From Eledone cirrhosa (Eukaryota): 64,000 nucleotides of DNA. This document shows positions 13,120-26,602 of the stretch, piece after piece. Below the pieces are notes generated by a model. That model made no database searches and was not told where the DNA came from. It was given only the letters and a program-made list of their open reading frames with translations. Every line of letters begins with the position of its first letter. Within the stretch, counting starts at the first letter, position 1. A program made the translations under genes and the position numbers. The stretch spans positions 4,030,001 through 4,094,000 of the forward strand of contig OZ024761.1 in assembly GCA_964016885.1 (NCBI GenBank). The letters are read 5' to 3'.

Positions 13120-13791
13120 AACCTTGATAGGATTTCAACTCAGAATATTAAGACTTAGAACACAGTTTTGTCCAGTGCTCTAACAATTCTACCAAACTGC
13201 CAACCAGCTAACAATTTTGGGGGAGGGTAAAGTCGACCAAATCGACCCCAGTGTGTTACTGGTACTTTATTTTATCGACTCCATAAGGATGAATGGCAAA
13301 GTTAGGGTTAGGGAAGTAACTCTATGCCGCAAAGCATGGTGTCCGACGCTCTACCGATTTTGCCAATCCACTTATAATGATAATAATAATTGTTTCTACG
13401 TTAGGCACAAGGCCAGCAATTACCTCAGTACATTACTGGTACTTTATTTTATCGACCCCGTAAGGATGAAAGGCAAAGTTAACATCGGCGGGATTTGAAC
13501 TCAGAATAGAAAGGGCCGTAACTATGCATCAAAGCATGGTGTCCGACCCTCTACCAATACTGCCAATCCACCAATAATGTTTCTACTTTAGGCACAAGGC
13601 CAGCAATTTGAGGGAGGAGGGGAAAGTTGATTAAATCGACCCCCAGTGCATTACTGGTGCTTTACCTTATCGACCTTGTAATGATGAAAGGCAAAACTAA
13701 CTTCGGTGGGATTTGAACTCAGAACATAAAGGGCCATAACACTATGCTGCCAAGCATGTCCAACACGACCGATTCTGCCAATCCACTGCCC

Positions 13792-13830
<39 letters not shown>
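13120..13830 (-). mobile_element. Cluster of about 4 SINE fragments, same family
   Basis: Repeated GATTTGAACTCAG / AGGATGAAAGGCAAAG blocks separated by (AAT)n. Confidence 0.7.
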
Positions 13831-13832
<2 letters not shown>

Positions 13833-14418
13833 TATGTTTCTTGTTCTTTTTTTTAAATATTATTTTTCAGTAAATAAATTTTAATTTCTTGAAATTTCTT
13901 TAATGTTTTAATTTCTTTGTTGTTGTTTTAATTGTTATTAATTTATTATGATATTAATAACATTAATTAATATTATTAATTAATTTTATGTTGTATTTTG
14001 TTGTTTTATATTTTTACAGGTTAATTTACAAATATTGAAATAAGAAAAACAGATGGGGGGGGGGGGGTAGACAGAGAGGGTAGAGACAGGTATGAGGGGG
14101 GGGGGGCAGGTAGAGAGGGGGGTAGAGACAGGTATGGAGGAGGGAGTAGAAAAAGAAGAAATTCAGATCACACCTGGAACTGAAGAAAATGTTAAAAAGA
14201 GGGGGGGGGGCATTTATGTGTGGATATATATATATATATACATGTGTGTGTATGTATATATATTTCTTATATATATGAGAATGTATGACATGAAATTATG
14301 TGTGTGTGTGTATATATATATGTGTGTGTGTATGTATATATATATATATATATATATATTTATTTCTTATGTATATGAGAATGTATGACATGAAATTATG
14401 TGTATATATATATATACA

Positions 14419-14458
<40 letters not shown>

Positions 14459-14671
14459 CATGTGTGTGTATATATAATATATATAAAGTATTTCCGTAGA
14501 AAAGGTAAAGGAAGGAAGAGTGCTCTATATATAGTACAGAGCTATTTAATTATGTAATAAACAACACAGTACAATTATTCCATTTACCAAAGGTTTCATG
14601 AAGACAGGTGACCTCAACAAAGGTCTCCAAAGTCGTTCATCAGAAAGGAAAATTTAAATTTAAATTAAATT

Positions 14672-14744
14672 TTCCTTTCTGATGAACGACTTTGGAGACC
14701 TTTGTTCAGGTCACCTGTCTTCGTGAAACCTTTGGTAAATGGAA
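14672..14744 (+). ncRNA. Type I hammerhead-like motif, family B2 (inverted copy about 14578-14650)
   Basis: TTCCTTT-CTGATGA-ACGA..TCGT-GAAA-CCTTTGG-TA-AATGGAA. Confidence 0.65.
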
Positions 14745-16004
14745 TAATTGTACTGTGTTGTTTATTACATAATATTATAAATATATATATATATATATAT
14801 ATTAATTTATTAAAATAAATAATTTATTAAAATAACAAATTGAAGTTTAAGCAAAGATCCTGTTAAGGGTGAAAGCAGCGATTCTTTGCTTAAACTTTAA
14901 TCTGTTATTTTAATAAATATTTGCTCTATGGTTTTTATATATAATTTTAGATATATATTTATCCTTATCGAGCCCTCTTCGGATTTTGGTCTTCACATTT
15001 ATTATTATTACTATATATATATATATATATATATATTAATATATATATATATGAATGTATGTCTCTTTATAAACTGCTATGTCAGCAGTACCCCTAAACC
15101 AACAATAACCACCTAGTGTTGAGGGTGCGTAACAAGAGTGGCTGCATATCTTCCCACCGCCCTCCCCCCCTCTAAGATTTCTCAGATTATACAAGAACCA
15201 GAACGCGTGTTATTTCAAGAAGTGTGTGGTTGTTGTTACACCCCAAAGCAACATTCCCCACCCCCTGCTGCCTACTGAACAAACCATATTTCCAGCCATG
15301 ACCCTCCTGTCTTCTCGTATAACTATTTACTGTGTATCACTGACTTCTTCCAAACTGTCTGAAGCTGCCCTTGTTTCTTTAATACTGCACCTTTTAAAAC
15401 TATTTACCTTCCATCTTCATTTCATGTAAGAACCTTTGTTATGTTATGTTCCAAATGCCAGATTAATAATAACTAAGTTATTAAATATCCACAATTTCTT
15501 TATTATTTTCAAAATTATTTGAAAACCATAGGCAGTGTCTTTTATTAGAAATATGGGAAGTGAAGGGTTAAGATTATGCTAAGGGGGTAACTTAGCCTTC
15601 AGCATGCTGTTGGTGACAAGAGAGTTATCTCCCCTTAATACAAGTTCAGTGTCCTGAAGGTTGAAAGAGATATGGCTGCTATTTCTAGTATTTGAGGCAA
15701 CCATATGATAGTCCCTTTCTGTTCATTGTATGTTGTGATGTGTTGTGACATGATGTGTGTGTACACTTGACCCCGGGGGGAGAGGGAGGAACATTGGGGT
15801 ACATGGTGTGCCTTAAGAGGACTTGTCAACAATAGTGTCACACTTGACTTCACTCCACTCAACACTACACTCCACTCGAGACAGCCCTAGACATATATTT
15901 ATATACAGAGGTCACAGAGGTCATGATCGAAATTTGTTTTGTTTTTCTTTTTTGTTTTGCTTTTGTTGTTTTTAATTTAAAATAATTATTTTTTCCTGAA
16001 TCAG

Positions 16005-17840
16005 GACGATGACTTTGACAACGGTGACCACGACAACGATGACCTTGACAACGGTGACCACAACGATGACCACAACAATGACCACGGCAATGACCACGAC
16101 AACGACCACAGCAATGACCACAGCAATGACCACAACAATGACCACGACAACGACCACAACAATGACCACGTCAATGACCACAGCAATGACCACGTCAATG
16201 ACCACAGCAATGACCACGTCAATGACCACAACAATGACCACGTCAATGACCACAGCAATGACCACGTCAATGACCACAACAATGACCACGTCAATGACCA
16301 CAGCAATGACCACGACAACGACCACAACAATGACCACGTCAATGACCACAGCAATGACCACGTCAATGACCACAGCAATGACCACGTCAATGACCACAAC
16401 AATGACCACAACAATGACCACAGCAATGACCACGTCAATGACCACAGCAATGATCACAGCAATGACCACGTCAATGACCACAACAATGACCACGACAACG
16501 ACCACAGCAATGATCACAGCAATGACCACAGCAATGACCACAGCAATGACCACGACAACGACCACAGCAATGACCACGTCAATGACCACGACAATGACCA
16601 CGTCAATGACCACGACAATGACCACGACAACGACCACAGCAATGACCACGTCAATGACCACGTCAATGACCACGTCAATGACCACGACAATGACCACGAC
16701 AATGACCACGTCAATGACCACAACAATGACCACGACAACGACCACAACAATGACCACGACAACGACCACAGCAATGACCACAGCAATGACCACAGCAATG
16801 ACCACGTCAATGACCACGTCAATGACCACGACAATGACCACGACAACGACCACAGCAATGACCACGTCAATGACCACGTCAATGACCACAGCAATGACCA
16901 CAGCAATGACCACGTCAATGACCACAACAATGACCACGGCAATGACCACGTCAATGACCACAGCAATGACCACAGCAATGACCACGACAATGACCACGAC
17001 AATGACCACGTCAATGACCACAACAATGACCACGGCAATGACCACGTCAATGACCACAGCAATGACCACAGCAATGACCACGACAATGACCACGTCAATG
17101 ACCACAACAATGACCACAGCAATGACCACGTCAATGACCACAGCAATGACCACGGCAATGACCACGACAACGACCACAGCAATGACCACAGCAATGACCA
17201 CAGCAATGACCACAGCAATGACCACGGCAATGACCACGACAACGACCACAGCAATGACCACAGCAATGACCACAACAATGACCACAACAATGACCACAGC
17301 AATGACCACAGCAATGACCACAGCAATGACCACGGCAATGACCACAGCAATGACCACGACAACGACCACAGCAATGACCACGACAACGACCACAGCAATG
17401 ACCACAGCAATGACCACAGCAATGACCACAGCAATGACCACAGCAATGACCACGGCAATGACCACAGCAATGACCACGACAACGACCACAGCAATGACCA
17501 TGACAACGACCACAGCAATGACCACGACAACGACCACAGCAATGACCACAGCAATGACCACAACAATGACCACAGCAATGACCACAGCAATGACCACAGC
17601 AATGACCACAGCAATGACGACAGCAATGACCACAGCAATGACCACGACAACGACCACAGCAATGACCACAACAACGACCACAGCAATGACCACAACAACG
17701 ACCACAGCAATGACCACAGCAATGACCACGGCAATGACCACAGCAATGACCACGACAACGACCACAGCAATGACCATGACAACGACCACAGCAATGACCA
17801 CGACAACGACCACGGCAAGGACCACAGCAATGACCACGAC
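16005..17840. repeat. 12-bp minisatellite, about 150 units, just downstream of the Mondo stop
   Basis: CAA(T/C)GACCAC plus AG/AA/GT/GA/GG variants. Confidence 0.97.
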
Positions 17841-18310
17841 TACTATGTTTTTGGAGAGAGAACTCTGCTCCATTGTCCGACTCTGGGTGAAATATTCATC
17901 ACAGGTAAAATAAGAAGTATAAGACATTTCCTCAGCAGCAGCAACAGCAGCAGCAGCAGTAGTAGTAGTTATAGTTGTAGTAGTAACTGTAGTAGTAGTA
18001 TTAGTTGTAGTAGTAGTAGTAGTGGTGGTAGTTTTCAAGTAGTAGTAGTAGTAGTAGTGGTAGTGGTTGTAACAGCAGCAGCAAAGATGGCGGTGGTGAA
18101 GGTGAACCAAAAATACAACAACAGAGGTACAACATTACATGTATCCATACATGGGTTAAATGGGGAGGGGGGGTGACTGATAGTGGTGGCAATGACGACA
18201 GTGGTACTCCTCATAATAGCAGTAGCATTAGTAGTAGTAGTGGTTGTATTCAGTGGTCAGTCATAACTGAGTACTGTGAGTTGTGGTGGGCATGGATGGG
18301 CCCTGCCCCT

Positions 18311-18426
18311 TCATCGTCCATGGGATGACTGCAGACCAACAGCAGCAGCAGCTTGTTCTGGCAATCGTTCTGGTTCAGTGAGGATACTTGTCGAAGTACT
18401 CACTTGCCGTAACGCATTAGAAACCA
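18311..18426 (-). CDS. MLXIP: Mondo last coding exon MVSNALRQVSTSTSILTEPERLPEQAAAAVGLQSSHGR*
   Basis: TTTCTCTACAG acceptor, TGA at 18311-18313; resembles ChREBP LRQLSTSTSILTDP. Confidence 0.93.
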
Positions 18427-19437
18427 CTGTAGAGAAACAGACAAAATATTACATTATATATATGTATTGTTATGCTTTAGGTTTCAACACATGTTTTCAT
18501 ATAAACAATCTTGCTAAACAAATTCAGAAACGACAGACAACCTTTTCCCCCACCCCGGAAAACCCCCCAGTTGATGGATGTGAATCCGAAATATATAGGG
18601 ACTATTAAATCTCTCCCAAGGTAACTCTCTCTTGTGTTGTTATTTTTATTTTTATCCTTTATACTCTTCCCTTCATTCTACACATCTCAAACATCTTATA
18701 CACACCACGCTTCTCAACGTACACCCACTTACATCTCTCTCTCCACCACCGGACCTTGTTACCCGGAGATTTACCCATTTGCATTGTCGAGGCTTCCAAA
18801 CGACTTAAAGATATTTACTTATTGTTCCACAATGCTTCAAGCAAACTTCAATACTCTCATATATATATATATATATATATATACGATATTAATAAATGGA
18901 AACTATATTTATAAAACCATATTTATTTCATTATACATATTTCAGGGATACCACATTAAATTATGGTATGCCTTCATCAGACAAAATACAATATATAACA
19001 GTTTTACAAATAGGTTTGACGTACCCTTTAAAATACAACCATTACTTTTGGAGGCTGTCTGGATAGTGATTTGTTTATATAATAAGTCATAGTGTTAAGC
19101 ACAATTAGAAAAAGACGGAGAGAAAGAAAGAGAAAAGAACAAAGAAAGAGATAGATAAAGATAGGAGGAAATATTATTATTTCCTCCTATCTTTATCTAT
19201 CTCTTTCTTTTCTCCATACTTTTCTCTCTCTCTCCGATATTTCTCCAGGTTTTCTTTCTCTTTTCTTTCTCTCTCTCTGTCTTTGTTCTTTTCTCTTTCT
19301 TTCTCTCCGTCTTTTTCTAATTGTGCTTAACACTATGACTTATTATATGAACAAATCACTATCCAGACAGCCTCCAAAAGTAATGGTTGTATTTTAAAGG
19401 GTACGTCAAAACCTATTTGTAAAACTGTTATATATTG

Positions 19438-19502
19438 TATTTTGTCTGATGAAGGCATACCATAATTTAATGTGGTATCCCTGAAATATGTATAATGAAA
19501 TA
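19438..19502 (+). ncRNA. Type I hammerhead-like motif, family A (inverted copy 18924-18988)
   Basis: TATTTTGT-CTGATGA-AGGCATACCA/TGGTATCCCT-GAAA-TATGTA-TA-ATGAAATA. Confidence 0.68.
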
Positions 19503-19627
19503 AATATGGTTTTATAAATATAGTTTCCATTTATTAATATCGTATATCTACTCCAAAAATTTGTCGAGTGCTTTATATCAGTTATAAAAATATTTACTTG
19601 TATCCCAACAATTTTAAATAGAACTTT

Positions 19628-19673
<46 letters not shown>

Positions 19674-19849
19674 CTTCAGGTTTGTTGGTTCACCACTGGA
19701 TAGAATTCCGTATGGTCAATCTTGGTGTAATATTGTGGAGAGTACTCAACGTAGTGCAGTTCACCCGTCTTCGTTTGTGTAGTTGGTGGTGCGAGTACAG
19801 AGTTAATTATCAATAAAAATATTTTACATATTCCTTTGTTATATTTCGA

Positions 19850-19907
19850 AAACCTGATGAAATCACCGGATTCAAATGGAACCCGGTCATTGAAATGATC
19901 ATAGTAT
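19850..19907 (+). ncRNA. Type I hammerhead-like motif, family C
   Basis: CTGATGA..ACCGG/CCGGT..GAAA, palindromic stem III ATGATCAT, AUA site; stem I weakened. Confidence 0.55.
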
Positions 19908-19969
19908 AATAAACCTTTCAAGGATTTACACCAGTCCAGCCTCCTGTTATTTTTATTGATATATAAATA

Positions 19970-20006
<37 letters not shown>

Positions 20007-20857
20007 CAAATGGAAACTATATTTATATAACCATATTTATTTTATTATACATATTTCAAGGGCCACCAAGGCAAATTATGGTGCGCTTTCATGGTGGCCC
20101 TTGAAATATGTGCGCATTGGTGGCCCTTGAAATATGTATAATAAAATAAATATGGTTTTATAAATATAGTTTCCATTTGTTAATATATTGTATTTTTACT
20201 CCACTAATCAGTTGAGTGCTTTATATCAGTTATAAAACTTTTTAAGCTTGTTGAATCCCAACAAATTAAGTATAACCTCTGCATATATATATATATATTT
20301 ATTTTGCAAGGGTTTTAATATGAAATCGTGTGTCAAAACAAATATTGTTATACTTGGGGAGGGTCATATTGTTGTAATAATATTGCCAGAAATAATAACA
20401 GAACACACTCATTGTTTGGTTGGTTTTTGCTTCTGTATCTTTTATATCTCCATAGTTAATTTATTTGGTAATCAATGTTTATCATTGATTGTATTTTTAA
20501 CAGTCAGTCAATGATAAACATTGATTGCCAAATAAATTAACTGTGGAGATATAAAAGATACAGAAGCAAAAACGAACCAAACAGTGAGTGTGTTCTGTTA
20601 TTATTTCTGGCAATATTATTACAACAATATGACCCTCCCCAAGTATAACGATATAAATAAATATATTTTATTTTACTATATATATAATATGTATCATTTG
20701 ATATTTAACATACTATTATATCATCTCTACCATCCCCTCGACCTTCTCAATGCCCCCCTGGGGTGGTGGCCCCCAATGTGAGAACCTCTGGTGTAGAGGA
20801 TAGATTCAACTAATTGTTATAATATAATCCATAATTTTAAATTAACTTTATATTTAA

Positions 20858-22142
20858 CCCTTTACCATTTACATTACTCTATATATACTATTGTATTTTT
20901 GTGGTAAAGACTTTACCTCACATAACATTTACATTACTCTATATATACTATTGTATTTTCACAGTAAAGGCTTTACCTCACATAATATCTCACATAACAT
21001 TTACATTACTCTATATATACTATTGTATTTTCACAGTAAAGGCTTTACCTCACATAATATCTCACATAACATTTACATTACTCTATATATACTATTCTAT
21101 TTTCACAGTAAAGGCTTTACCTCACATAATATCTCACATAACATTTACATTACTCTATATATACTATTCTATTTTCACAGTAAAGGCTTTACCTCACATA
21201 ATATCTCACATAACATTTACATTACTCTATATATACTATTGTATTTTCACAGTAAAGGCTTTACCTCACATAATATCTCACATAACATTTACATTACTCT
21301 ATATATACTATTGTATTTTCACAGTAAAGGCTTTACCTCACATAATATCTCACATAACATTTACATTACTCTATATATACTATTCTATTTTCACAGTAAA
21401 GGCTTTACCTCACATAATATCTCACATAACATTTACATTACTCTATATATACTATTCTATTTTCACAGTAAAGGCTTTACCTCACATAATATCTCACATA
21501 ACATTTACATTACTCTATATATACTATTGTATTTTCACAGTAAAGGCTTTACCTCACATAATATCTCACATAACATTTACATTACTCTATATATACTATT
21601 CTATTTTCACAGTAAAGGCTTTACCTCACATAATATCTCACATACCATTTACATTACTCTATATATACTATTGTATTTTCACAGTAAAGGCTTTACCTCA
21701 CATAATATCTCACATAACATTTACATTACTCTATATATACTATTGTATTTTCACAGTAAAGGCTTTACCTCACATAATATCTCACATAACATTTACATTA
21801 CTCTATATATACTATTCTATTTTCACAGTAAAGGCTTTACCTCACATAATATCTCACATACCATTTACATTACTCTATATATACTATTGTATTTTCACAG
21901 TAAAGGCTTTACCTCACATAATATCTCACATAACATTTACATTACTCTATATATACTATTGTATTTTTGTGGTAAAGACTTTACCTTACATAATATCTCA
22001 CATAATATCAAATCTATGAGATTTTGATATTTATTTTGAGAAAATTACCTTAACATCAGTATGAGTGGCCAGTTACAGCCGGTTTGAAGAGAAAGAGGTG
22101 AGAGAACTTTGGTCGGATATGGCTGGTTTAACTGCTAAAGGG
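20858..22142 (+). mobile_element. TTAA-CCC (piggyBac-like) non-autonomous element with internal 72-bp tandem array (about 16 units)
   Basis: Starts TTAACCCTTTACCA, ends TGCTAAAGGGCTAA; unit ACATTTACATTACTCTATATATACTATTGTATTTTCACAGTAAAGGCTTTACCTCACATAATATCTCACATA. Confidence 0.8.
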
Positions 22143-22217
22143 CTAATACATTGATATAAAGGGTTTAATCTACTTTACTCTAGGTTAACTCAGATATTAT
22201 CCACTTCTTTTAAAATA

Positions 22218-22402
22218 CTGTATTTCCCGGCCTCGAAGACACTTCTTTTTACCTAAAACAAGCCTCAAAATTCTACCAATGGGTCCTGGAAGCCCAATGT
22301 TGCATTTTTATGTTTATTATTAATTTTTTTTTCCAAATCTTTGGTTATCAAAATTAGGGTGTGTCCTCGAGGACAAAGTGTCTTCGGCGCTGAGAAATAC
22401 GG
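22218..22402. mobile_element. pogo/Tigger-like MITE
   Basis: Imperfect TIRs CYGTATTTC..CGAAGACAC, about 185 bp. Confidence 0.55.
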
Positions 22403-22544
22403 ACCTGACACTATACTAACATCTAGATTGAATCACATCTTTATATAATTTTATTATCTCCATACATACAGACTATTCTTCATCTGTTCAAACAAACCAG
22501 CTTATGTGATTACCTCCCCTTGACCACTTATCTACATTCCTTCC

Positions 22545-22716
22545 ACAAGGCCAGCAAATACCCAGTGTATTAGTGGTACTTTATTTTATCGACCCCGTAA
22601 AGATGAAAGGCAAAGTTCACCTCGGTGGCATTTGAACTCAGTTCGTAAAGGGAAGTAACTCTATGCTGCAAGGCATGGCGTCCGACCCTCTACCGATACT
22701 GCCAATTCACCGCCCT
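22545..22716 (-). mobile_element. tRNA-derived SINE, same family
   Basis: Head GGCGGTGAATTGGCAG, B-box and central block. Confidence 0.7.
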
Positions 22717-22802
22717 TATATATCCTACCAATATAATAATACATTCTACAACATAAGACAGTAGTAGTAGTAGTAGTAGTAGTAAAATTTAACTGTACTA
22801 AC

Positions 22803-22932
22803 TGGGTCTGAGAGCAGCAAGGGAACAGTATTGGTCAAACCAATTCATGACTGTCCGACACATTTCGTCCATACTAGCTGTAGACACTATGTTGTTGTAT
22901 GTTGTAAACAGTGGTCTGGTTATCATACTGAA
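22803..22932 (-). CDS. MLXIP: Mondo exon FSMITRPLFTTYNNIVSTASMDEMCRTVMNWFDQYCSLAALRP
   Basis: U12 branch point + CAG, GTTAGT donor, 130 nt; C-terminal WMC/DCD domain. Confidence 0.95.
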
Positions 22933-22955
22933 CTGTGGACAAAGAGTTAAGGAAT

Positions 22956-23464
22956 AGTGGTGGTAGTAGTAGTGGTAGTGGAGATGGTGGTGGTGGTAGT
23001 AGTGGTGGTGGTAGTGGTGGAGATGGTGGCAGAGATGGTGGTGGAGATGGTGGTGGTGGTGGTAGTAGTGGTGGTGGTAGTGGTGGTGGTAGTAGTGGTG
23101 GTGGTGATAGTGGTGGAGATGGTGGTAGTGGTGGTGGTGGTAGTAGTAGTAGTAGTAGTGGTAGTGGTGGTGATGGTAGTAGTGGTGGTGGTGGTAGTAG
23201 TGGTGGTGGTAGTGGTGGTAGTGGTGGAGATGGTGGTGGTAGTGGTGGTGGTAGTAGTGGTGGTGGTAGTCGTGGTGGTGGTAGTGGTGGAGATGGTGGT
23301 GGTGGTTGTGAAAGTGGTGGTGGTGGTAGTAGTAGTGGTGGTGGTAGTAGTAGTGGTAGTGGTGGTAGTAGTAGTGGTGGTGGTGGTAGTGATAGTGGTG
23401 GTAGTAGTGGTGGTGGTAGTGGGGTAGTGGTGGTGGTAGTAGTGGTGGTGGTGGTAGCAGTAGT
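22956..23464. repeat. (GGT/AGT)n triplet array inside the U12 intron
   Basis: Direct reading. Confidence 0.95.
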
Positions 23465-24123
23465 GTATTTCATTAGAAATATGGCAATGAAAGGGTTAAT
23501 GACATAGACAGTGTCTTTCATTAGAAATATGGTAATGAAAGGGTTAATGACATAGACAGTGTCTTTCATTACAAATATGGTAATGAAAAGGTTAATGACA
23601 TAGACAGTGTCTTTCATTAGAAATATGGAAATGAAAGGGTTAATGACATAGACAGTGTCTTTCATTAGAAATATGGTAATGAAATGGTTAATGACATAGA
23701 TAGTGTCTTTCATTAGAAATATGGTAATGAAAGGGTTAAAGACATAGGTAGTGCCTTTTATTAGAAATATGGTAATGGAAGGGATAAAGACATAGACAGT
23801 GTCTTTCATTAGAAATATGATAATGAAAGGGTTAATGACATAGACAGTGTCTTTCATTAGAAATATGGTAATGGAAGGGTTAATGACATAGACAGTCTCT
23901 TTCATTAGAAATATGGTAATGAAAGGGTTAATGACATAGACAGTGTCTGTCATTAGAAATATGGTAATGAAAGGGTTAATGATATAGACAGTGTCTTTCA
24001 TTAGAAATATGGAAATGAAAGGGTTAATAACATAGACAGTGTCTTTCATTAGAAATATGGAAATGAAAGGGTTAATGACATAGGCAGTGTCTTTCATTAG
24101 AAATATGGCAATGAAAGGGTTAA
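23463..24123. repeat. 48-bp minisatellite, about 14 units, containing an AAAGGGTTAA element end
   Basis: GTGTCTTTCATTAGAAATATGGTAATGAAAGGGTTAATGACATAGACA; single copies near 15535 and 42945. Confidence 0.93.
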
Positions 24124-24153
24124 GATGAAATCAATTCACAATATAAAGGATAC

Positions 24154-24277
24154 AATCCAAAACTTCCAGTTCTGATTGGTTCGTAATCGAATATATTCGT
24201 CATACATTTCATTGATCTGGTCAGCCCTTTGTCTGCTGACTGGAGCCCCTGTAGCTGGTAGCTGGGACTGGCAGTAA
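24154..24277 (-). CDS. MLXIP: Mondo exon SYCQSQLPATGAPVSRQRADQINEMYDEYIRLRTNQNWKFWI
   Basis: TTTCAG acceptor, GTATCCTTT (U12) donor; CQ.QLPATG.P..RQR and NWKFWI conserved in Mondo. Confidence 0.95.
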
Positions 24278-24619
24278 CTGAAATAGAGATCAGATGTGAG
24301 TTTATAGTTAGCCTAGGAAGTTAGAAATAGGAAGAATAGAGCAGTGATGGACATGGATGGAAAGAGAGGTTGAAGTGTGGGCTATGAGATATCTCTTTGG
24401 AGGTCAGCTAAACCTACATAGTTGTCTGCTGATAGGACTGGGGCCCGAAACACTCAAGAGAGCTACTATGAGATACAATCTTTTTGAAGGCTGGCTCTAG
24501 CTCTAACCCTGTAGAGTTATAAGCTGTAACAACATGATAGGACTGGAGCCTCTACCCCTAAAACAACCAAGAGAGCTTGTAGACAGGTGTTAGCCTTAAC
24601 AACAATATATTGTCCTCAC

Positions 24620-24719
24620 CTTATGTCTGAGTTTAAACTGTCAATTTCTAATCTTAAAATTTCAGATTCGTTCTGCATTTTAACCCTTTCAGACTTCATC
24701 TTCTTACAGAACTCAGCAG
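24620..24719 (-). CDS. MLXIP: Mondo exon, leucine zipper AAEFCKKMKSERVKMQNESEILRLEIDSLNSDI
   Basis: TGTAG/GTGAGG, 100 nt, phase 1 to 2. Confidence 0.92.
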
Positions 24720-24762
24720 CTACAATGGAAGGGGAAAATATTAAAAACCATCATAACATTTA

Positions 24763-26145
24763 TTGTTGTTGTATTGTGGTGTGGTGTTGGTGGTTGTGTT
24801 GTGTTGTGGTGTTGGTGGTTGTGTGGTGTTGTGGTGGTGTTGTGCTGTGGTGTTGGTGGTTGTGTGGTGGTGTGGTGGTGTTGTGTGGTGTGGTGGTGTG
24901 GTGTTGGTGGGTGTTGTGGTGTTGCGGTGGTGTTGTGTTGTGGTGTAGTGGTGTTGTGGTGTTGTGGTGGTGTTGTGGTGTGGTGTTGGTGGTTGTGTGG
25001 TGTTGTGGTGGTGTTGTGCTGTGGTGTTGGTGGTTGTGTGGTGTTGTGGTGGTGTTGTGCTGTGGTGTTGGTGGTTGTGTGGTGGTGTGGTGGTGTTGTG
25101 TGGTGGGGTGGTGTGGTGGTGTTGTGTGGTGGTGTGGTGTTGGTGGGTGTTGTGGTGTTGCGGTGGTGTTGTGTTGTGGTGTAGTGGTGTTGTGGTGTGG
25201 GGTTGGTGGTTGTGTGGTGCTGTGGGGGTGTTGTGTTGTGGTGTTGGTGGTTGTTTGGTGTTGTGGTGGTGTTGTTGTGGTGGGGTGGTTGTGTTGTGGT
25301 GGTGGTGTTGTGGTGGTGTGGTGTTGGTTGTTGTGTTGTGGTGTGGCATTGGTGGTTGTGTGGTGGTGTGGTATTGGTGGTTGTGTTGTGGTGGTGTTGG
25401 TGGTTATGTGGTATTGTGTTGGTGGTGTTGTGGTGTTGTTGTGGTGGGGTGGTTGTGTGTAGTGGTGGTGTTGTGGTGGTGTGTTGTGGTGGTTGTGTTG
25501 TGTTGTGGTGTGGTGTTGTGTTGTGGTGTTGTGTTGTGGTGGTGGTGTTGTGTGGTTGTGTGGTGGTGGTTTTGTGTTGTGTTGTGGTGGTGTTGTGTTG
25601 GTGTTGTGTTGTGGTGGTGGTGTTGTGGTGGTGTTGTGTTGTAGTGGTGGTGTTGTGTAGTGGTGGTGGTGATGATGTTGTGTTGTGTGGTGGTGTTGTT
25701 GTGTTGTGGTGTTGTTGTGTTGTGGTGTTGTGATGTGTTGTGGTGTTGTTGTGGTGGTGGTGGTGTTGTGGTGTTGTTGTTGTGTTGTTGTTGTTGTGGT
25801 GGTGTGGTGGTGGTGTTGTTGTGGTGGTGGTGGTGGTGTTGTTGTGGTGGTGGTGGTGGTGGTGTTGTTGTGGTGGTGGTGGTGTTGTTGCGTTGCATTG
25901 TGTGGTGTTGTGGTGGTGCTGTGTGGTGTTGTGTCGTGTGGTGTTGTGTTGTGGAATAAGGTCAGTGTTGGTATACAGACTAGATAAAGAGTATATCTAG
26001 AATTGTGTACAAAGGTGTGTGTGTGTGTACAGGTGTGTGTATACAGGTGTGTGTGTACAGGTGTGTGTGTACAGGTGTGTGTGTGTACAGGTGTGTATGT
26101 ACAGGTGTGTGTGTGTGCAGGTGTGTGTGTGTACAGGTGTGTGTG
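24763..26145. repeat. GT-rich low-complexity array
   Basis: Direct reading. Confidence 0.95.
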
Positions 26146-26154
26146 ATAGCTTAC

Positions 26155-26242
26155 CTTTCTGTAACATTGTAGCTTTACTAACTTTACCAGTGGGAGTCTG
26201 GTTGAGGGATGGGATGAGACTGTGGAGCACATCAAAACCATT
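26155..26242 (-). CDS. MLXIP: Mondo exon, HLH NGFDVLHSLIPSLNQTPTGKVSKATMLQK
   Basis: CCCCAG/GTAAGC, 88 nt; HLH motif. Confidence 0.95.
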
Positions 26243-26272
26243 CTGGGGAAGAGAAGAACAGATGATATAACA

Positions 26273-26602
26273 TGGTGGTGGTGGTGGTTGGTGTGGTGGT
26301 GGTGGTGGTTGGTGTGGTGGTGGTGGTGGTTGGTGGTGGTAGTTGGTGATGTTGGTGTGGTGGTGGTGGTTGGTGTGGTGGTGGTTGGTGGTGGGTGTTG
26401 GTGGTTGGTGGTGGTGGTTGGTGGTTAGTGGTGGTGGTTGCTGGTGGTAGTGGTGGTGGTGTAGTTGTGGTGGTGGTGGTGGTGGTGGTGGTGGTGGTAG
26501 TGATGGTGTTGGTGTTGGTGGTGTGGGTGTTGGTGGTGGTGGTGGTGAGTGGTGGTGGTGGTGGTGAGTGGTGGTGGTGGTATTGATGACGATGGTGGTG
26601 GC
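26273..26602. repeat. (GGT)n-rich array
   Basis: Direct reading. Confidence 0.95.

Larger units (their letters stand above)
22933..24153 (-). other. U12-type (minor spliceosome) GT-AG intron
   Basis: 5' site GTATCCTTT; branch site TTCCTTAAC at 22954-22946, 13 nt from the exon; no long pyrimidine tract. Confidence 0.92.

Noticed and set aside
11646-13121. CRISPR-like regular repeat and 470-aa ORFs
   Set aside because: Head-to-tail units with no unique spacers, no cas genes, eukaryotic context
15972-18110. Mucin- or antifreeze-like Thr/Met and Val/Ile ORFs
   Set aside because: Stop-free 12-bp repeat open in several frames and on both strands; no splice or domain evidence
20000-20190. Intact hammerhead in the family-A-like fold-back
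   Set aside because: GAAA-stem III half is present but CUGAUGA is lost at the inversion
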